Below are positions 1 through 9,641 of a stretch of 64,000 nucleotides of DNA, piece by piece. The translations under genes and the position numbers were made by a program. Every line of letters begins with the position of its first letter. Position 1 is the stretch's first letter. The notes under the pieces were generated by a model, which worked only from the letters and a program-made list of their open reading frames with translations, had not been told where the DNA came from and did not search any database. Source of the DNA: an uncultured Gammaproteobacteria bacterium (lineage in GTDB: Bacteria; Pseudomonadota; Gammaproteobacteria; Pseudomonadales; JAHEGP01); contig CAVVVC010000003.1 in assembly GCA_963751595.1 (NCBI GenBank), positions 70,034-134,033 of the forward strand. The letters run 5' to 3'.

Positions 1-751
1 TGAGTAAGCGGTGGTGCAACTCCTGGTCGAAAACCAGGCGCGCATACTGGCGCGCGTAAACGACTTTGGCCATCAGGTTCTGGCCCTCAGAAATAGCGAT
101 GGCGCGCTCAAAGTGCTGCTTGCCCTTTTCAGGCTTGCCACCCAGCGCCGGGGGCAGCAAGGTGGCGATACCGCCGAGGTAGAGATGTGCCATGCCATTC
201 TCGTAGCTGTCATCCAGCTCGACCACGCGTTGCAGGATGCGCTCGGGGCGAGGCAGCTCGGCCACAGCGTTCCAGTCATCGCTGTTGGCCCGGATCCAGT
301 TCAACCAGGATACCGCCAGGGTATAGGCATAGGGCAGATCACCGGGCTTGAGCTGCTGGACCGCCTTGTCAAACTCGCTGAAGTCCATCGACCTCCAGGC
401 GCAATACTCCTCCTCGTAGGAACAAACGGAGCGCCAGGCGTAGTCAAGGGACTTCGCGCTGAGTTTACTTTGCCTCTCAGGCTCGGGCACGAAGACACCG
501 GCATAGGCGTCATTGAGACTGGCACCGGTCCTGAGCAGGTCGGCATCTTCCGGGTTGGATTCGATCATGCTGTCCACCAGCACCAGAAAGGTCGGTATCG
601 CCTGGCCCACCGAGGCAACGTCATTGCTGTTATAAATCGCGCTGGAGATATCATCCCCCAGTTTACTGGCCTGGGATGCGATCAAACTGGAGCAGCCCAG
701 CGCCGGCAGCAAACCTAGCGTGAGCAGGAAGAGAATCAGATAATGATGCAC
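1..751 (-). CDS. TRAP-T-associated TPR lipoprotein (TatT-like), 3' end cut by window edge
   Basis: The frame is open from GTG (749-751) to base 2 with no stop; I checked every triplet by hand. It is missing from the ORF track because no stop lies in the window. Translation: HHYLILFLLTLGLLPALGCSS (lipobox LGC) ... YLGGIATLLPPALGGKPEKGKQHFERAIAISEGQNLMAKVVYARQYARLVFDQELHHRLL, which matches my recollection of the TatT family. The listed + ORF 11..718 is its codon-phased mirror. Confidence 0.7.
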   Translation of the reverse strand, partial: MHHYLILFLLTLGLLPALGCSSLIASQASKLGDDISSAIYNSNDVASVGQAIPTFLVLVDSMIESNPEDADLLRTGASLNDAYAGVFVPEPERQSKLSAKSLDYAWRSVCSYEEEYCAWRSMDFSEFDKAVQQLKPGDLPYAYTLAVSWLNWIRANSDDWNAVAELPRPERILQRVVELDDSYENGMAHLYLGGIATLLPPALGGKPEKGKQHFERAIAISEGQNLMAKVVYARQYARLVFDQELHHRLL

Positions 752-841
752 ACAACACCCGGGAAGAGTCGACAAAAATCGCTAGTATAGCCGTAGCATC
801 GCGGCGAATAAACGGCCGTGGCGTGGATAGCGAGTTTCAAG

Positions 842-1330
842 CTAGTCCAGCGAACCCTGACGGCGCCGCTCCAGCCAGTCGCGCAACCCATGACCGGTTC
901 CCATGGGCCAGGGCCTGACCTCGCTCTCCGGCAGCAGTTTGACCTCGGCGATCTCTTCGCCCAGCCTGATCTCACCGAAAGCACGGAGGTGGAACACCAG
1001 CAACAACTGGTTTTGCTCAAAAAACGGGTAATTACCGACAAACCCCTCGATATCGCCGCTCAGCCCGAGTTCTTCCTCCAGCTCCCTCAGCACCGCCGAC
1101 TCCGGGGTTTCGTTCTGCTCCAGAAAGCCGGTAATCAGCGCAAACCAACTCTCGGGCCAGGCGCGATTGCGGGCAAGAAGTACCTGGCCCTGATACTCGA
1201 CAATCGCTGCCACGACCGGGATCGGGTTGTTCCAGTGAACAAATCCGCAGCCGGCAGAACATTGCTGGCGGATTTTCTGATCTACCAGGCCATCCTGCAA
1301 CTCGGCGGCGCAGTGCGGACAATACTTCAT
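842..1330 (-). CDS. NUDIX hydrolase with N-terminal zinc-ribbon-like motif
   Basis: Nudix box GFLEQNETPESAVLRELEEELGL fits Gx5Ex7REUxEExGU. N-terminus carries CPHC...CSAGC. Start trimmed from 1417 to ATG 1330 (MKYCPHC), 4 nt after the upstream LOG stop. Confidence 0.85.
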   Translation of the reverse strand: MKYCPHCAAELQDGLVDQKIRQQCSAGCGFVHWNNPIPVVAAIVEYQGQVLLARNRAWPESWFALITGFLEQNETPESAVLRELEEELGLSGDIEGFVGNYPFFEQNQLLLVFHLRAFGEIRLGEEIAEVKLLPESEVRPWPMGTGHGLRDWLERRRQGSLD

Positions 1331-1334
1331 CGGT

Positions 1335-2069
1335 TCAAACCCCTCGTTGGCCGCTGCCGGTGGCCCTGGAGGCCTGGGCAGCAGTAGGCGCCGGTATGGT
1401 TGCCATAATATGGTCAAGCGCCTCTTTCGGGTCGTCCAGTACGATCAGGCTGTCGAGGTCGGCACTGCTTATGGTGCCATACGCTAACATCTTGTTGCGC
1501 ACAAAGCTCAGAAGCTCATCCCAGTAATCAGCCCCCAGCAGCACAATAGGAAAACGCCGCACCTTGCCGGTCTGGACCAGGGTCGCGGTTTCAAAAATTT
1601 CGTCCAGCGTACCGAAGCCCCCCGGCAGAATGATAAACGCCTGGGAATAGCGTACCAGCATGAACTTGCGCACAAAAAAGTGATTGAAGCTGATGGTGGT
1701 ATCACAATAGCGGTTGGGCCTCTGCTCCGAGGGCAGGTGAATATTGCAGCCAATGGACAGTGCGGAGGCATCCCTGGCACCGCGGTTTGCGGCTTCCATG
1801 ATGCCGGGACCGCCGCCTGTCATCACCGCAAAACCCCGGCGACCCGCCTCGCCGGCCGCCGCCCTGGCCAGTTGGTAGTAACGATGCTCAGGGGCAAACC
1901 GGGCCGACCCAAAAAACGTGATGCAGGGGCCGACCCGCCTGAATTTATGAAACCCCTTGATGAACTGGCCCAGTATCTGGCCAAGGCGCAGTACATCCCC
2001 TGCCAATGACTTGGGGCCACCGAGCAGAGCCTCGTCCGTTTGCCGGGATACACCTCGTAGCTGCGTCAC
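1335..2069 (-). CDS. LOG family / TIGR00730 Rossmann-fold nucleotide-binding protein
   Basis: Contains MTGGGPGIMEAANRGA and LPGGFGTLDEIFE (PGGxGTxxE), the signature motifs of LOG / lysine-decarboxylase-like proteins. Confidence 0.9.
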   Translation of the reverse strand: MTQLRGVSRQTDEALLGGPKSLAGDVLRLGQILGQFIKGFHKFRRVGPCITFFGSARFAPEHRYYQLARAAAGEAGRRGFAVMTGGGPGIMEAANRGARDASALSIGCNIHLPSEQRPNRYCDTTISFNHFFVRKFMLVRYSQAFIILPGGFGTLDEIFETATLVQTGKVRRFPIVLLGADYWDELLSFVRNKMLAYGTISSADLDSLIVLDDPKEALDHIMATIPAPTAAQASRATGSGQRGV

Positions 2070-2086
2070 CGAAACCCCGGGACCCG

Positions 2087-2938
2087 TTAAAACCGCGCCC
2101 CAAGGAAAACCTGCGGGCCCCAGAACGACCAGTCGACGGTTCCCTTGAAGTCACCCACATCCGCATTGATATCGAGGTCAAACACGGTGAGTCCGGCGCC
2201 AATCTCGACGTGATTCCAAAGATAATAGCGCGTATCCGCGCTCACCCTGACGATGGAGCCGTCGATCTTGCCGGTCCGCAAGGTAAAGTACTTGAAGGAG
2301 GCCCCCACAAGCCACCGCGGGGTCAGGGCGTAATCGTAATCGAGGCCAATCAGCGGCAGGGGTGCGGCCACCCGAGCATCTGCAGCGGCCCTGCCACTGC
2401 TCACGGGAACACCACCCACTTCCAGTTCGCCCTGCAAATCGATCACGATGTCGACATCCATCAAGAACAAGCCAATGGTGCCGGACAATTCGTAATTGCT
2501 CTCGCGCAGAAATGAATAGGTATAACTCAGGTCCCAAATGCCGATGTTCAACAAGGTATCGGCAGTGGCGCCGGCGCTGGCTTCTACATTGTCACCGACC
2601 CAGTCCTGCTGCAGCACCGATTTCGCGCCACGATCAAAGCTGTAGTATTCGAGACCGATACGGTGCCGTTCAGCAAAACGCCAACGCCCCATGATTTGGA
2701 CCACGGAGTCCAGTGACTCGTCGAGATTGAAAAAGTCTTCGAGGTCCACCGACACACCCAAAAGATTATCGCCGTCGAGTCGCAGCTGGGTATCCTGATT
2801 GGAATACATCAGCCCCGCGCGCAACACAAAACGCTCGTCAAACGTGCCTAATTCATTAGCAGCCTGGGCGCTGCCACTCACCGCAACAAAAAGGCCCGCA
2901 AAAAGCATACCCGGACCCCCAAAAGCTCGTATTTTCAC
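2087..2938 (-). CDS. outer-membrane beta-barrel protein (family unassigned)
   Basis: Signal peptide ...FVAVSGSAQA, alternating beta-strand pattern, and terminal ...VFLGARF aromatic residue. The start is uncertain: GTG 2938, ATG 2908, or the ORF-track start 3025. Confidence 0.6.
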   Translation of the reverse strand: MKIRAFGGPGMLFAGLFVAVSGSAQAANELGTFDERFVLRAGLMYSNQDTQLRLDGDNLLGVSVDLEDFFNLDESLDSVVQIMGRWRFAERHRIGLEYYSFDRGAKSVLQQDWVGDNVEASAGATADTLLNIGIWDLSYTYSFLRESNYELSGTIGLFLMDVDIVIDLQGELEVGGVPVSSGRAAADARVAAPLPLIGLDYDYALTPRWLVGASFKYFTLRTGKIDGSIVRVSADTRYYLWNHVEIGAGLTVFDLDINADVGDFKGTVDWSFWGPQVFLGARF

Positions 2939-3052
2939 GCACCCCCCAGCAAATCGCCGTGCCCTTCGAAGGACCGGCCTGATCTGGTATATTACCGTTA
3001 TATCGTGATCGTCGCTAATCTCCATTGACAGGCAGCCGAGGTTGTCATCACC

Positions 3053-4036
3053 ATGCGCGCAATGTTACTGGAACAGCCCGGCTCGCCCCTGCGGCCGGTT
3101 GACGTGCCCGTCCCGGTGGCGGGATCGGGCCAATTGCAGATAGCGGTCAAGGCCTGCGGTCTGTGCCGCACCGACCTGCACGTATTTGACGGCGAGCTGA
3201 ATGAGCCGGCACTGCCGCTGATTCCGGGACACCAGATTGTCGGTGTCGTAACAGAGGTCGGGCCAGCAGTCGAAGGGTTCGAAACAGGAGCTCGAGTGGG
3301 GGTGCCGTGGCTGGGTGGCAGCTGTGGCCACTGCAACTTTTGCCTGCACGCGCAGGAGAACCTGTGTGACGAGGCAATTTATACCGGCTACCAGCGCAAC
3401 GGTGGTTTTGCAGAATACACGGTAGCGGACGCCCGCTACTGTTTTCCGATACCCGATAGATTTCCAGACCTGCAAGCTGCACCACTGCTGTGCGCGGGCC
3501 TGATTGGTTACCGCTGCCTGCGCAAACTGGGGGAGGCAAAAACACTGGGGCTTTATGGATTTGGTGCTGCCGCGCACATACTCACCCAGGTGGCTCGCCA
3601 CGAGGGGCGTGAGGTATACGCGTTCACCAGCCCGGGCGATACCTCGGCACAGGAGTTTGCCCGGAAACTGGGCGCGGTATGGGCCGGGGGATCAGACCAA
3701 ACCCCACCGAAACAACTGGACGGAGCCATCATCTTTGCCCCCGTCGGCGATCTCGTCCCCAGGGCACTGAGCCATCTTCGCAAGGGTGGAACCGTGGTGT
3801 GCGGCGGGATTCACATGTCAGACATTCCGTCCTTTGCCTACAGCATTTTGTGGCACGAGCGCACGATCACATCAGTAGCCAACCTGACCCGGCAGGACGG
3901 CGATGAGTTTCTGCCCCTCGCCGCGGCAATTCCCATTGAAACAGAAATTCGTGAGTATGGCCTGGAGCAAGCCAATGAGGCACTGGATGATCTGCGCCAT
4001 GGACGCTTCAATGGCGCGGCGGTCATAGTTCCCTGA
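3053..4036 (+). CDS. zinc-dependent alcohol dehydrogenase family protein
   Basis: Catalytic-zinc region CGLCRTDLH...GHQIVG, structural-zinc motif CGHCNFCLHAQENLC (CxxCxxCx7C), and Rossmann motif GLYGFGAAAH. Confidence 0.9.
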   Translation: MRAMLLEQPGSPLRPVDVPVPVAGSGQLQIAVKACGLCRTDLHVFDGELNEPALPLIPGHQIVGVVTEVGPAVEGFETGARVGVPWLGGSCGHCNFCLHAQENLCDEAIYTGYQRNGGFAEYTVADARYCFPIPDRFPDLQAAPLLCAGLIGYRCLRKLGEAKTLGLYGFGAAAHILTQVARHEGREVYAFTSPGDTSAQEFARKLGAVWAGGSDQTPPKQLDGAIIFAPVGDLVPRALSHLRKGGTVVCGGIHMSDIPSFAYSILWHERTITSVANLTRQDGDEFLPLAAAIPIETEIREYGLEQANEALDDLRHGRFNGAAVIVP

Positions 4037-4118
4037 GTAGAGTCACGCCGGCAAAGGCTTGCCAGTCGCGAATGAAAGGCTTTAAATACCGGCAGATAGC
4101 ACCCTCACAAGGTTCGTA

Positions 4119-4682
4119 TTGATGGTTCAACGACGTTTCGCAGCGCTTTACTCCAACGTCATCCTGTTGGCTTGCCTGGCGCTGGCAAGCTGCGGCAGCA
4201 AACCCTATACCGACTACGATACCGGCTACGACTTCGCCGGCATACAGCGTTACCAACTTGAAAGCCGGATCGACGAGCAGCAGGCGCTGATGGACAGCCG
4301 AATTGAAAGTGCCGTCAGCGCTGAACTCCAGGCCAGGGGACTTACGCCCGCCGCGGACCCTGCAAATACCGACGTCGTGGTTCGCTACAGCCTGGCAGCA
4401 GAGGAAAGGCCCAATAACTCGAGAGTGTCTATCGGGCTCGGTAGCGGCAGCTATGGCGGTCGCGGTGGCGCGTCCATCGGGGGCAGCGTGTCGGCACCCC
4501 TCGGGCAATCGATGTTGCTCTACAACAGCATTCAACTGGACATACTCGACGCTGCCAGCGGCCAGTTGATATGGCGCGGCAGCGATGCTTTCGAGGTCAA
4601 GGGCAAAGCCGATCCCCAGGCACTCAACGATGCCGCCAGCGCTACCGTGACCCGAATCCTGCGCGACTTTCCGCCAACCTGA
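4119..4682 (+). CDS. DUF4136-like lipoprotein
   Basis: Lipobox LALASCG. The C-terminal pattern ...LDILDAASGQLIWRGSD... is typical of DUF4136 as I recall it. The family call is from memory. Confidence 0.65.
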   Translation: MMVQRRFAALYSNVILLACLALASCGSKPYTDYDTGYDFAGIQRYQLESRIDEQQALMDSRIESAVSAELQARGLTPAADPANTDVVVRYSLAAEERPNNSRVSIGLGSGSYGGRGGASIGGSVSAPLGQSMLLYNSIQLDILDAASGQLIWRGSDAFEVKGKADPQALNDAASATVTRILRDFPPT

Positions 4683-4755
4683 AGCGCCAGCGGCGGCATC
4701 ACCATGGGTGTCGCAGCAATCGGCAACCTTAAACTCTATCCCCAGCGGACCCTTT

Positions 4756-5271
4756 ATGATGGCCAATAAATTGCTACTTTCTACCCTCTTGCTTTGCCTT
4801 CTCGGCGGCTGCGCCAGCAGTGCGTCGAAGCCGGCGGGCGCCAACGACCCCTGCGCCACCATCGGCCAGATACTGGAAGCCTACGAAAACCAATTCGCCG
4901 ATATTCGCGGCCAGAAACGTAGCTACGATCGCATCACTATCTGGACCAGCACCCTGCAGCTGGTTGGCAGCGGCTGCGAGATCTGGGGCTGGCAGGGAGG
5001 CAAGTACAACTATGTCTGCAACTACACCGCCCCGGACGAAGCCACTGCGCGGGATATTTATGCCAATGCCGTCAAGAAGATCGAGGCCTGCGCGGGACCG
5101 GAATGGGTGCAAAAAGAAACCGACACCCAACAGCAGGGGGGCCAGCAAACGCTCTGGCAACGACAGGGAACCCCTCAAATGGTCGACCTTAAACTGGTCC
5201 CCACCCGCGGGATAAACAAGCCGCGCTGGGCCCTCTACCTGTTACTCGGCGACCACAATCCGCAATTTTAG
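4756..5271 (+). CDS. hypothetical lipoprotein
   Basis: MMANKLLLSTLLLCLLGGCASS (lipobox LGGC). Start trimmed to ATG 4756. No recognisable catalytic motif. Confidence 0.6.
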   Translation: MMANKLLLSTLLLCLLGGCASSASKPAGANDPCATIGQILEAYENQFADIRGQKRSYDRITIWTSTLQLVGSGCEIWGWQGGKYNYVCNYTAPDEATARDIYANAVKKIEACAGPEWVQKETDTQQQGGQQTLWQRQGTPQMVDLKLVPTRGINKPRWALYLLLGDHNPQF

Positions 5272-5413
5272 CGGGTTGCGGGGCAGGCCCAGGCCTGCTG
5301 CCGGGTAACCACCACTGGACGAATAGGCCCGGGCATGAGGTCGACTTCTGCAAAGGCACAGCCCATCCCACGAGCGCGGAATTCAGGGGACGATAGAGAG
5401 CCGGGATCCGCCG

Positions 5414-5962
5414 CTAGAAATGATAGCGCCCGCCAAAGCCCACGCTCTCAACCAGTTCCGAGGTGTAAAAGCGGGAGTACTCCAGATAGATTGACCAGTT
5501 TGCCCCAATATTGACAGAGCCACCCAGTGAGCCGTAAAAGTTGAACCCGTTGTCGTCATCTTTATCGCCGCCGACGGACGTTACGATTTCAGAGCTGACG
5601 TCGTAATACGCCAGTCCTAAACGCGCGTAAAAATCAATCAGCCAGACCGGCAGCCGGGGCACCAGAGCAACGCCGGTTGCCCAACCATCATACTCGGCCT
5701 TGCCGACAATCGGGCCCACAACCGCGGTGTCGCTGAATTCCCCAAGATGGTAGATGCCAAACTCGGTGGCCATGAAGCGGTTATAGCGGTAACCGAGATT
5801 GAAGTGCGCCGAGGTAGCCTTGTCGTCGATTTGCGACACATCGACCTCGGAGTCCTGCAGACCAAACCCGATATACATGCCGTTGTTGACGTCAGCACCC
5901 AGCGGCGCCGAGGCCAACATCAGTAATCCAGTCGCTAGCCCGGTAATCGGGTTTTTCTTCAT
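5414..5962 (-). CDS. small outer-membrane beta-barrel (porin-family / OmpW-OmpX-like) protein
   Basis: MKKNPITGLATGLLMLASAPLGA signal peptide, about 160-aa mature barrel, and terminal ...GFGGRYHF. Start trimmed to ATG 5962. Confidence 0.7.
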   Translation of the reverse strand: MKKNPITGLATGLLMLASAPLGADVNNGMYIGFGLQDSEVDVSQIDDKATSAHFNLGYRYNRFMATEFGIYHLGEFSDTAVVGPIVGKAEYDGWATGVALVPRLPVWLIDFYARLGLAYYDVSSEIVTSVGGDKDDDNGFNFYGSLGGSVNIGANWSIYLEYSRFYTSELVESVGFGGRYHF

Positions 5963-6159
5963 AACGCCTCCATCAAAAACGCGGTTCTGGTGATTTTTTG
6001 CTTGCTGCGGCAAGCTTACGGGAGTGCGCCGCACACTGGCAATAGCGTTTTGGAGCGCATTCTTCAGCGGCCTGTGCGGGCGACCGCTCCGCAGGTGCCT
6101 GCAGGCCACCGCGGCACGATCTGGCACGCCTTCCTGCGCCACTGCAGCTACATCCAAGA

Positions 6160-6744
6160 TCAGGGGGCTGAAACGCCGGGGAAGGACTGCAGTAATTTCC
6201 CCGTTGAATTGCTGATCTCTGCCGCCAGCCTTTGGGGGCTGGCACCCGGATCGTCAACGAGCTTGCTGGCACTACCCTGCCAGACAATGCGCTTGCTGGC
6301 GATATCGTAGACGCTTAGCCGGAGGTGACCGAATTCCTGGTAACCCAGGGTACGGTGGGTATAAAACTTGCTACTGACTTCGTACTCGGCGTTGGGTCCC
6401 GCGAAAATTCGCTCGGCTTCATCCGTGGGAGACAGGGGGCCAGTTAAACCGACCTGTGAATCACCGCCAATGCGGTAGTCGACCGCAAACTGTGCCTGGC
6501 TCGGGTCCCGGTGATAGCCCCGGGCAGCCAGCTTGGCGTCGACCTCGGCACGCACTGCCTGGTCAACAGCCAGCATCCTGGCGCCGGCCTGTTCGGCAGC
6601 GAGAGGAGCGCTGGACCAGCGATAATGCCGCCATTCTGATTGCCGCTGCTCGAATTCATCCGCATGCCAGGTCTGGGTTCGGGTAGAGAGGCACCCGGCC
6701 AGTACCACTGTCAACAAACCGTAGCCTGCCCATTTAACAATCAT
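6160..6744 (-). CDS. DUF4136-like lipoprotein (paralogue of 4119..4682)
   Basis: Lipobox VLAGCLS. ...LRLSVYDIASKRIVWQGSAS... parallels the motif in the 4119 gene. Confidence 0.65.
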   Translation of the reverse strand: MIVKWAGYGLLTVVLAGCLSTRTQTWHADEFEQRQSEWRHYRWSSAPLAAEQAGARMLAVDQAVRAEVDAKLAARGYHRDPSQAQFAVDYRIGGDSQVGLTGPLSPTDEAERIFAGPNAEYEVSSKFYTHRTLGYQEFGHLRLSVYDIASKRIVWQGSASKLVDDPGASPQRLAAEISNSTGKLLQSFPGVSAP

Positions 6745-7045
6745 TGCCGCCTCTTACCCGCCATGTTGCGACCACCGTGTAGCATTATAACCGGTATCCC
6801 ACGGCCTGGCTTTCGCTGACTACCGAGACAGACCCAAGCTGCTACACTTAGCCTGAATATGCGGCACGCGCAGACATCATGCCGTTAAAAAGGGCATGCC
6901 CGCGGGCCGCTTACACCGAGCGCGGCCACCCTTATCGCACGATTGTTTTCATCGTTGCTAAAAAAATCAGGCCTCACTCATCAGCGCACTGGTAAGCTGC
7001 TGGCGCCCTGGAAGATACTTGAGTCACGACTCGCGGACATCGTAA

Positions 7046-9163
7046 ATGACGCACAGTTTGAATCCCAACAAGCATCTGCAGCACTGCGAGCAACTGACGC
7101 AGGATTTCTGCCGCCAGTTGATGCAACAATGCTGGCACCTCCTCGATGATCGTCTGGCCGAACAGGGCAGACAACTAACCGATGAGGAAGCGCGCAATCA
7201 GCATGACCTGCAGATGCAGGATGCGCGATCCAAGGCAGAGCAGGTTGGCGCCAGTATCAGCCGCCACAATCAGCAGAATTTCGCCGGTTTCAGAGAGTTA
7301 TTGCCACTGGCCACAGAGGCTGCCCACAAAGGGCTGACGTCGGCAAGCCCTGCCAGGCAGCAGGACTCACTGGCCATCAATCGCGTCATTCAGGACAGCC
7401 TCCACAAACAACAACCTGCCCTGCGCCAACTCAATCAGCGCCTTGCCCTGTTGCGGGGTGGACAACGCTGCGAAGACCGGGATAACCCGCTTGCCCCTGC
7501 TGCCCTTTGCCTGGCGTTCCAATATGCCGTGCGCCATGCGGACATTGATGCCCGCTTACGGCTGTTGCTGTACGATATTTTCGGCGGGTTGCTGTCAGAA
7601 CAGATCGACCGTTTCTACCACAAGGTTAACCACTACCTGATCAGCAACGGGATTCTCCCCAACCTGCTGCCAGGCAAGCGCAGCATCAGCAATATACTCG
7701 GCAGACCCGGGGGATCGTCCCCTGCCACGCAGGAAACGCCGGTGCAGGCCCAGACTGAACAGCGCCTGGCGCAGGTCAATAGCTTGTTGCGCTCCCAGCT
7801 AAAGCTGTCGGCGGCGATTCGCAATACCATTGGCCAGGGAGACAGCGCGCCCGACGAGCTCTACCTCGACGCATGCAGCCTGCTACAGCGGCAAATCGCG
7901 GAACATGTCAATTTTAATCGCGACCAGTTGATCGACCCACAGTCCACAAAACGACAGTACTATAAATACCTGCTTGCGCAGACTCGTCAGTGCAAGACCG
8001 GGCTGGATGCCGACAAGCTTGGCGCTATCGAACTGCTGACGCGCTTTTTCGCTACCCTGACCGGCGACAGTAACCTGCCTCTGGAGCTGCGCGGACTCCT
8101 GAGTTTTTTGCACGCACCCTGTATCAAGCTGGTGATCGGCGGCGATCAGTTTTTCAACTCGGACCAGCATCCCGCGCGCCAGCTCATTGACCTGATGCTC
8201 GATTCCGGCGGTCGCTGGCTACTGAGCCAGGCCGAAGACGAAAGCCTGGTTGAGGCCATGCGCGCCGCTGTGAGTGCGATTGCCTGCGATCATTCACACT
8301 CGGTGAGCAGCTTCGCCACCGGACTGCAGGAGTTCCGGCAGTGTCTGGCACACATACAGCAGCAAGCAGAGCGCTGCGAACAGCGCGAGATCCAGGGTCA
8401 GGCCGGGATGGAAAGCCTGGATCTTGCCAGATCCCGTGCTCGCCAGCAGGTGCAGGAAGTCATGTCGCAATATAGCGTCACGGGCGAAATACACCAACGG
8501 CTCAGCGGCAGTTGTATAGACTTCCTCGCATTCGTCCTGCTACAGCACGGAGAGGGCAGACATTGGGTACAGGCCCAGCACCTGCTGAAGGGGATTGCAT
8601 TAAGCGTTCAGGAGCAGCTGCCACGCCAGCAATTGGTGCAGTTTCAACGGGGGCAACAACGCCTGTACAACGCGGTTCGCCGAGGTTTGGAGGAGAGTGG
8701 CTATCAGGGAATGCTGGCCAACGACTTACTGGCTTCACTCAACCTGGCCCAGCAACAGCTCATCGAACAGATTGCCGCCACCGACACACCCCTGCGCAAC
8801 CCGGGCAAGGTGCGACCTGGATACGGTTTTCATCTGTTGAATCAACTTGAGATTGGCCACTGGTATCACTTCCACGATCGCCCTCGCAGCGGCCCCATTC
8901 TGCTGAAGCTGGCCTGGCGCAGCGCGGGCTGGACACGGGTATTATTCGTCGATGCCAGTGGCGCGAAGCGCCGTCTCGAATATGCGGATACGCTGGCGCT
9001 CTCCCTGCAGCACAAACAGGTGCGATCCCTCGGCGCTGAACCCACCCAATCCGGCGAGGCGGCGCTGGACACCATCTTGCACCAGCTCAGGCTGGATGCG
9101 CTGCGCCAGCGGTTTTCGCAGCAGCGACCCCGGGACGGCCGACCGGAACTCAAGATCTGTTAA
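7046..9163 (+). CDS. DUF1631-family protein
   Basis: A 705-aa Gln/Leu-rich protein. The C-terminal block WYHFHDRPRSGPILLKLAWRSAGWTRVLFVDASGAKRRLEYADTLALSLQHKQVRSL resembles the conserved DUF1631 end as I remember it. No catalytic motif. Confidence 0.6.
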   Translation: MTHSLNPNKHLQHCEQLTQDFCRQLMQQCWHLLDDRLAEQGRQLTDEEARNQHDLQMQDARSKAEQVGASISRHNQQNFAGFRELLPLATEAAHKGLTSASPARQQDSLAINRVIQDSLHKQQPALRQLNQRLALLRGGQRCEDRDNPLAPAALCLAFQYAVRHADIDARLRLLLYDIFGGLLSEQIDRFYHKVNHYLISNGILPNLLPGKRSISNILGRPGGSSPATQETPVQAQTEQRLAQVNSLLRSQLKLSAAIRNTIGQGDSAPDELYLDACSLLQRQIAEHVNFNRDQLIDPQSTKRQYYKYLLAQTRQCKTGLDADKLGAIELLTRFFATLTGDSNLPLELRGLLSFLHAPCIKLVIGGDQFFNSDQHPARQLIDLMLDSGGRWLLSQAEDESLVEAMRAAVSAIACDHSHSVSSFATGLQEFRQCLAHIQQQAERCEQREIQGQAGMESLDLARSRARQQVQEVMSQYSVTGEIHQRLSGSCIDFLAFVLLQHGEGRHWVQAQHLLKGIALSVQEQLPRQQLVQFQRGQQRLYNAVRRGLEESGYQGMLANDLLASLNLAQQQLIEQIAATDTPLRNPGKVRPGYGFHLLNQLEIGHWYHFHDRPRSGPILLKLAWRSAGWTRVLFVDASGAKRRLEYADTLALSLQHKQVRSLGAEPTQSGEAALDTILHQLRLDALRQRFSQQRPRDGRPELKIC

Positions 9164-9395
9164 TCCCGGCCTCCTGGTATTGTACCAGCGCAAACCCAAC
9201 AAGCTGTATTGCGAGCTCGCCAGCAGCCACAGCGCGACATCCTCTGGCTCGCCTGTGTCCCGCCTGACATCACTGCAAGCAAACCTGGAGAAACATGCTC
9301 CGGGATCAGATGAGATGCCGAAAAAAGCGTGGAACCTGGCGCCGCTCTTAACTACTATAGCGGCCCTGGACACTCGCGATAGGAGCTTTGTTTCA

Positions 9396-9641
9396 ATGGC
9401 TCGCAGCAAGAAGAAAATCGATTTTGAAAAAAACCTGGGCTCGCTGGAGGCCATCGTGCAGCAATTGGAGGCGGGCCAGTTGTCGCTGGAGGAATCCCTC
9501 AACGCGTTTGAGCAAGGGGTCGCGCTAACCCGCGAATGCCAAGCTGCTTTGACCGAGGCCCAGCAGCGCGTACAAATCCTGACCCAGAAGAACGGCGACC
9601 CCGAGGTGCTTGATTTCACACCCAATACCGACGCCACATGA
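9396..9641 (+). CDS. xseB: exodeoxyribonuclease VII small subunit
   Basis: MARSKKKIDFEKNLGSLEAIVQQLEAGQLSLEESLNAFEQGVALTRECQ... is typical XseB. The stop overlaps the ispA start (ATGA at 9638-9641). Confidence 0.9.
   Translation: MARSKKKIDFEKNLGSLEAIVQQLEAGQLSLEESLNAFEQGVALTRECQAALTEAQQRVQILTQKNGDPEVLDFTPNTDAT

Noticed and set aside
11-718. A 235-aa + strand ORF at the left edge.
   Set aside because: It is the codon-phased mirror of the minus-strand TatT-like gene, which has a lipobox and family-typical C-terminal block. The + translation is Arg/Gly/Ala-rich with no motif.
4023-4862. A 279-aa minus-strand ORF spanning two lipoprotein genes.
   Set aside because: It is antisense to two well-supported + strand lipoprotein genes and crosses their intergenic gap. 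It has high-GC antisense-frame composition, no signal, no motif and no RBS.
8952-9395. An in-frame upstream extension of xseB giving a 229-aa ORF.
   Set aside because: The extension overlaps the DUF1631 3' end and is Arg/Ser/Pro-rich. XseB is universally about 80 aa, and the MARSKKK start fits that.
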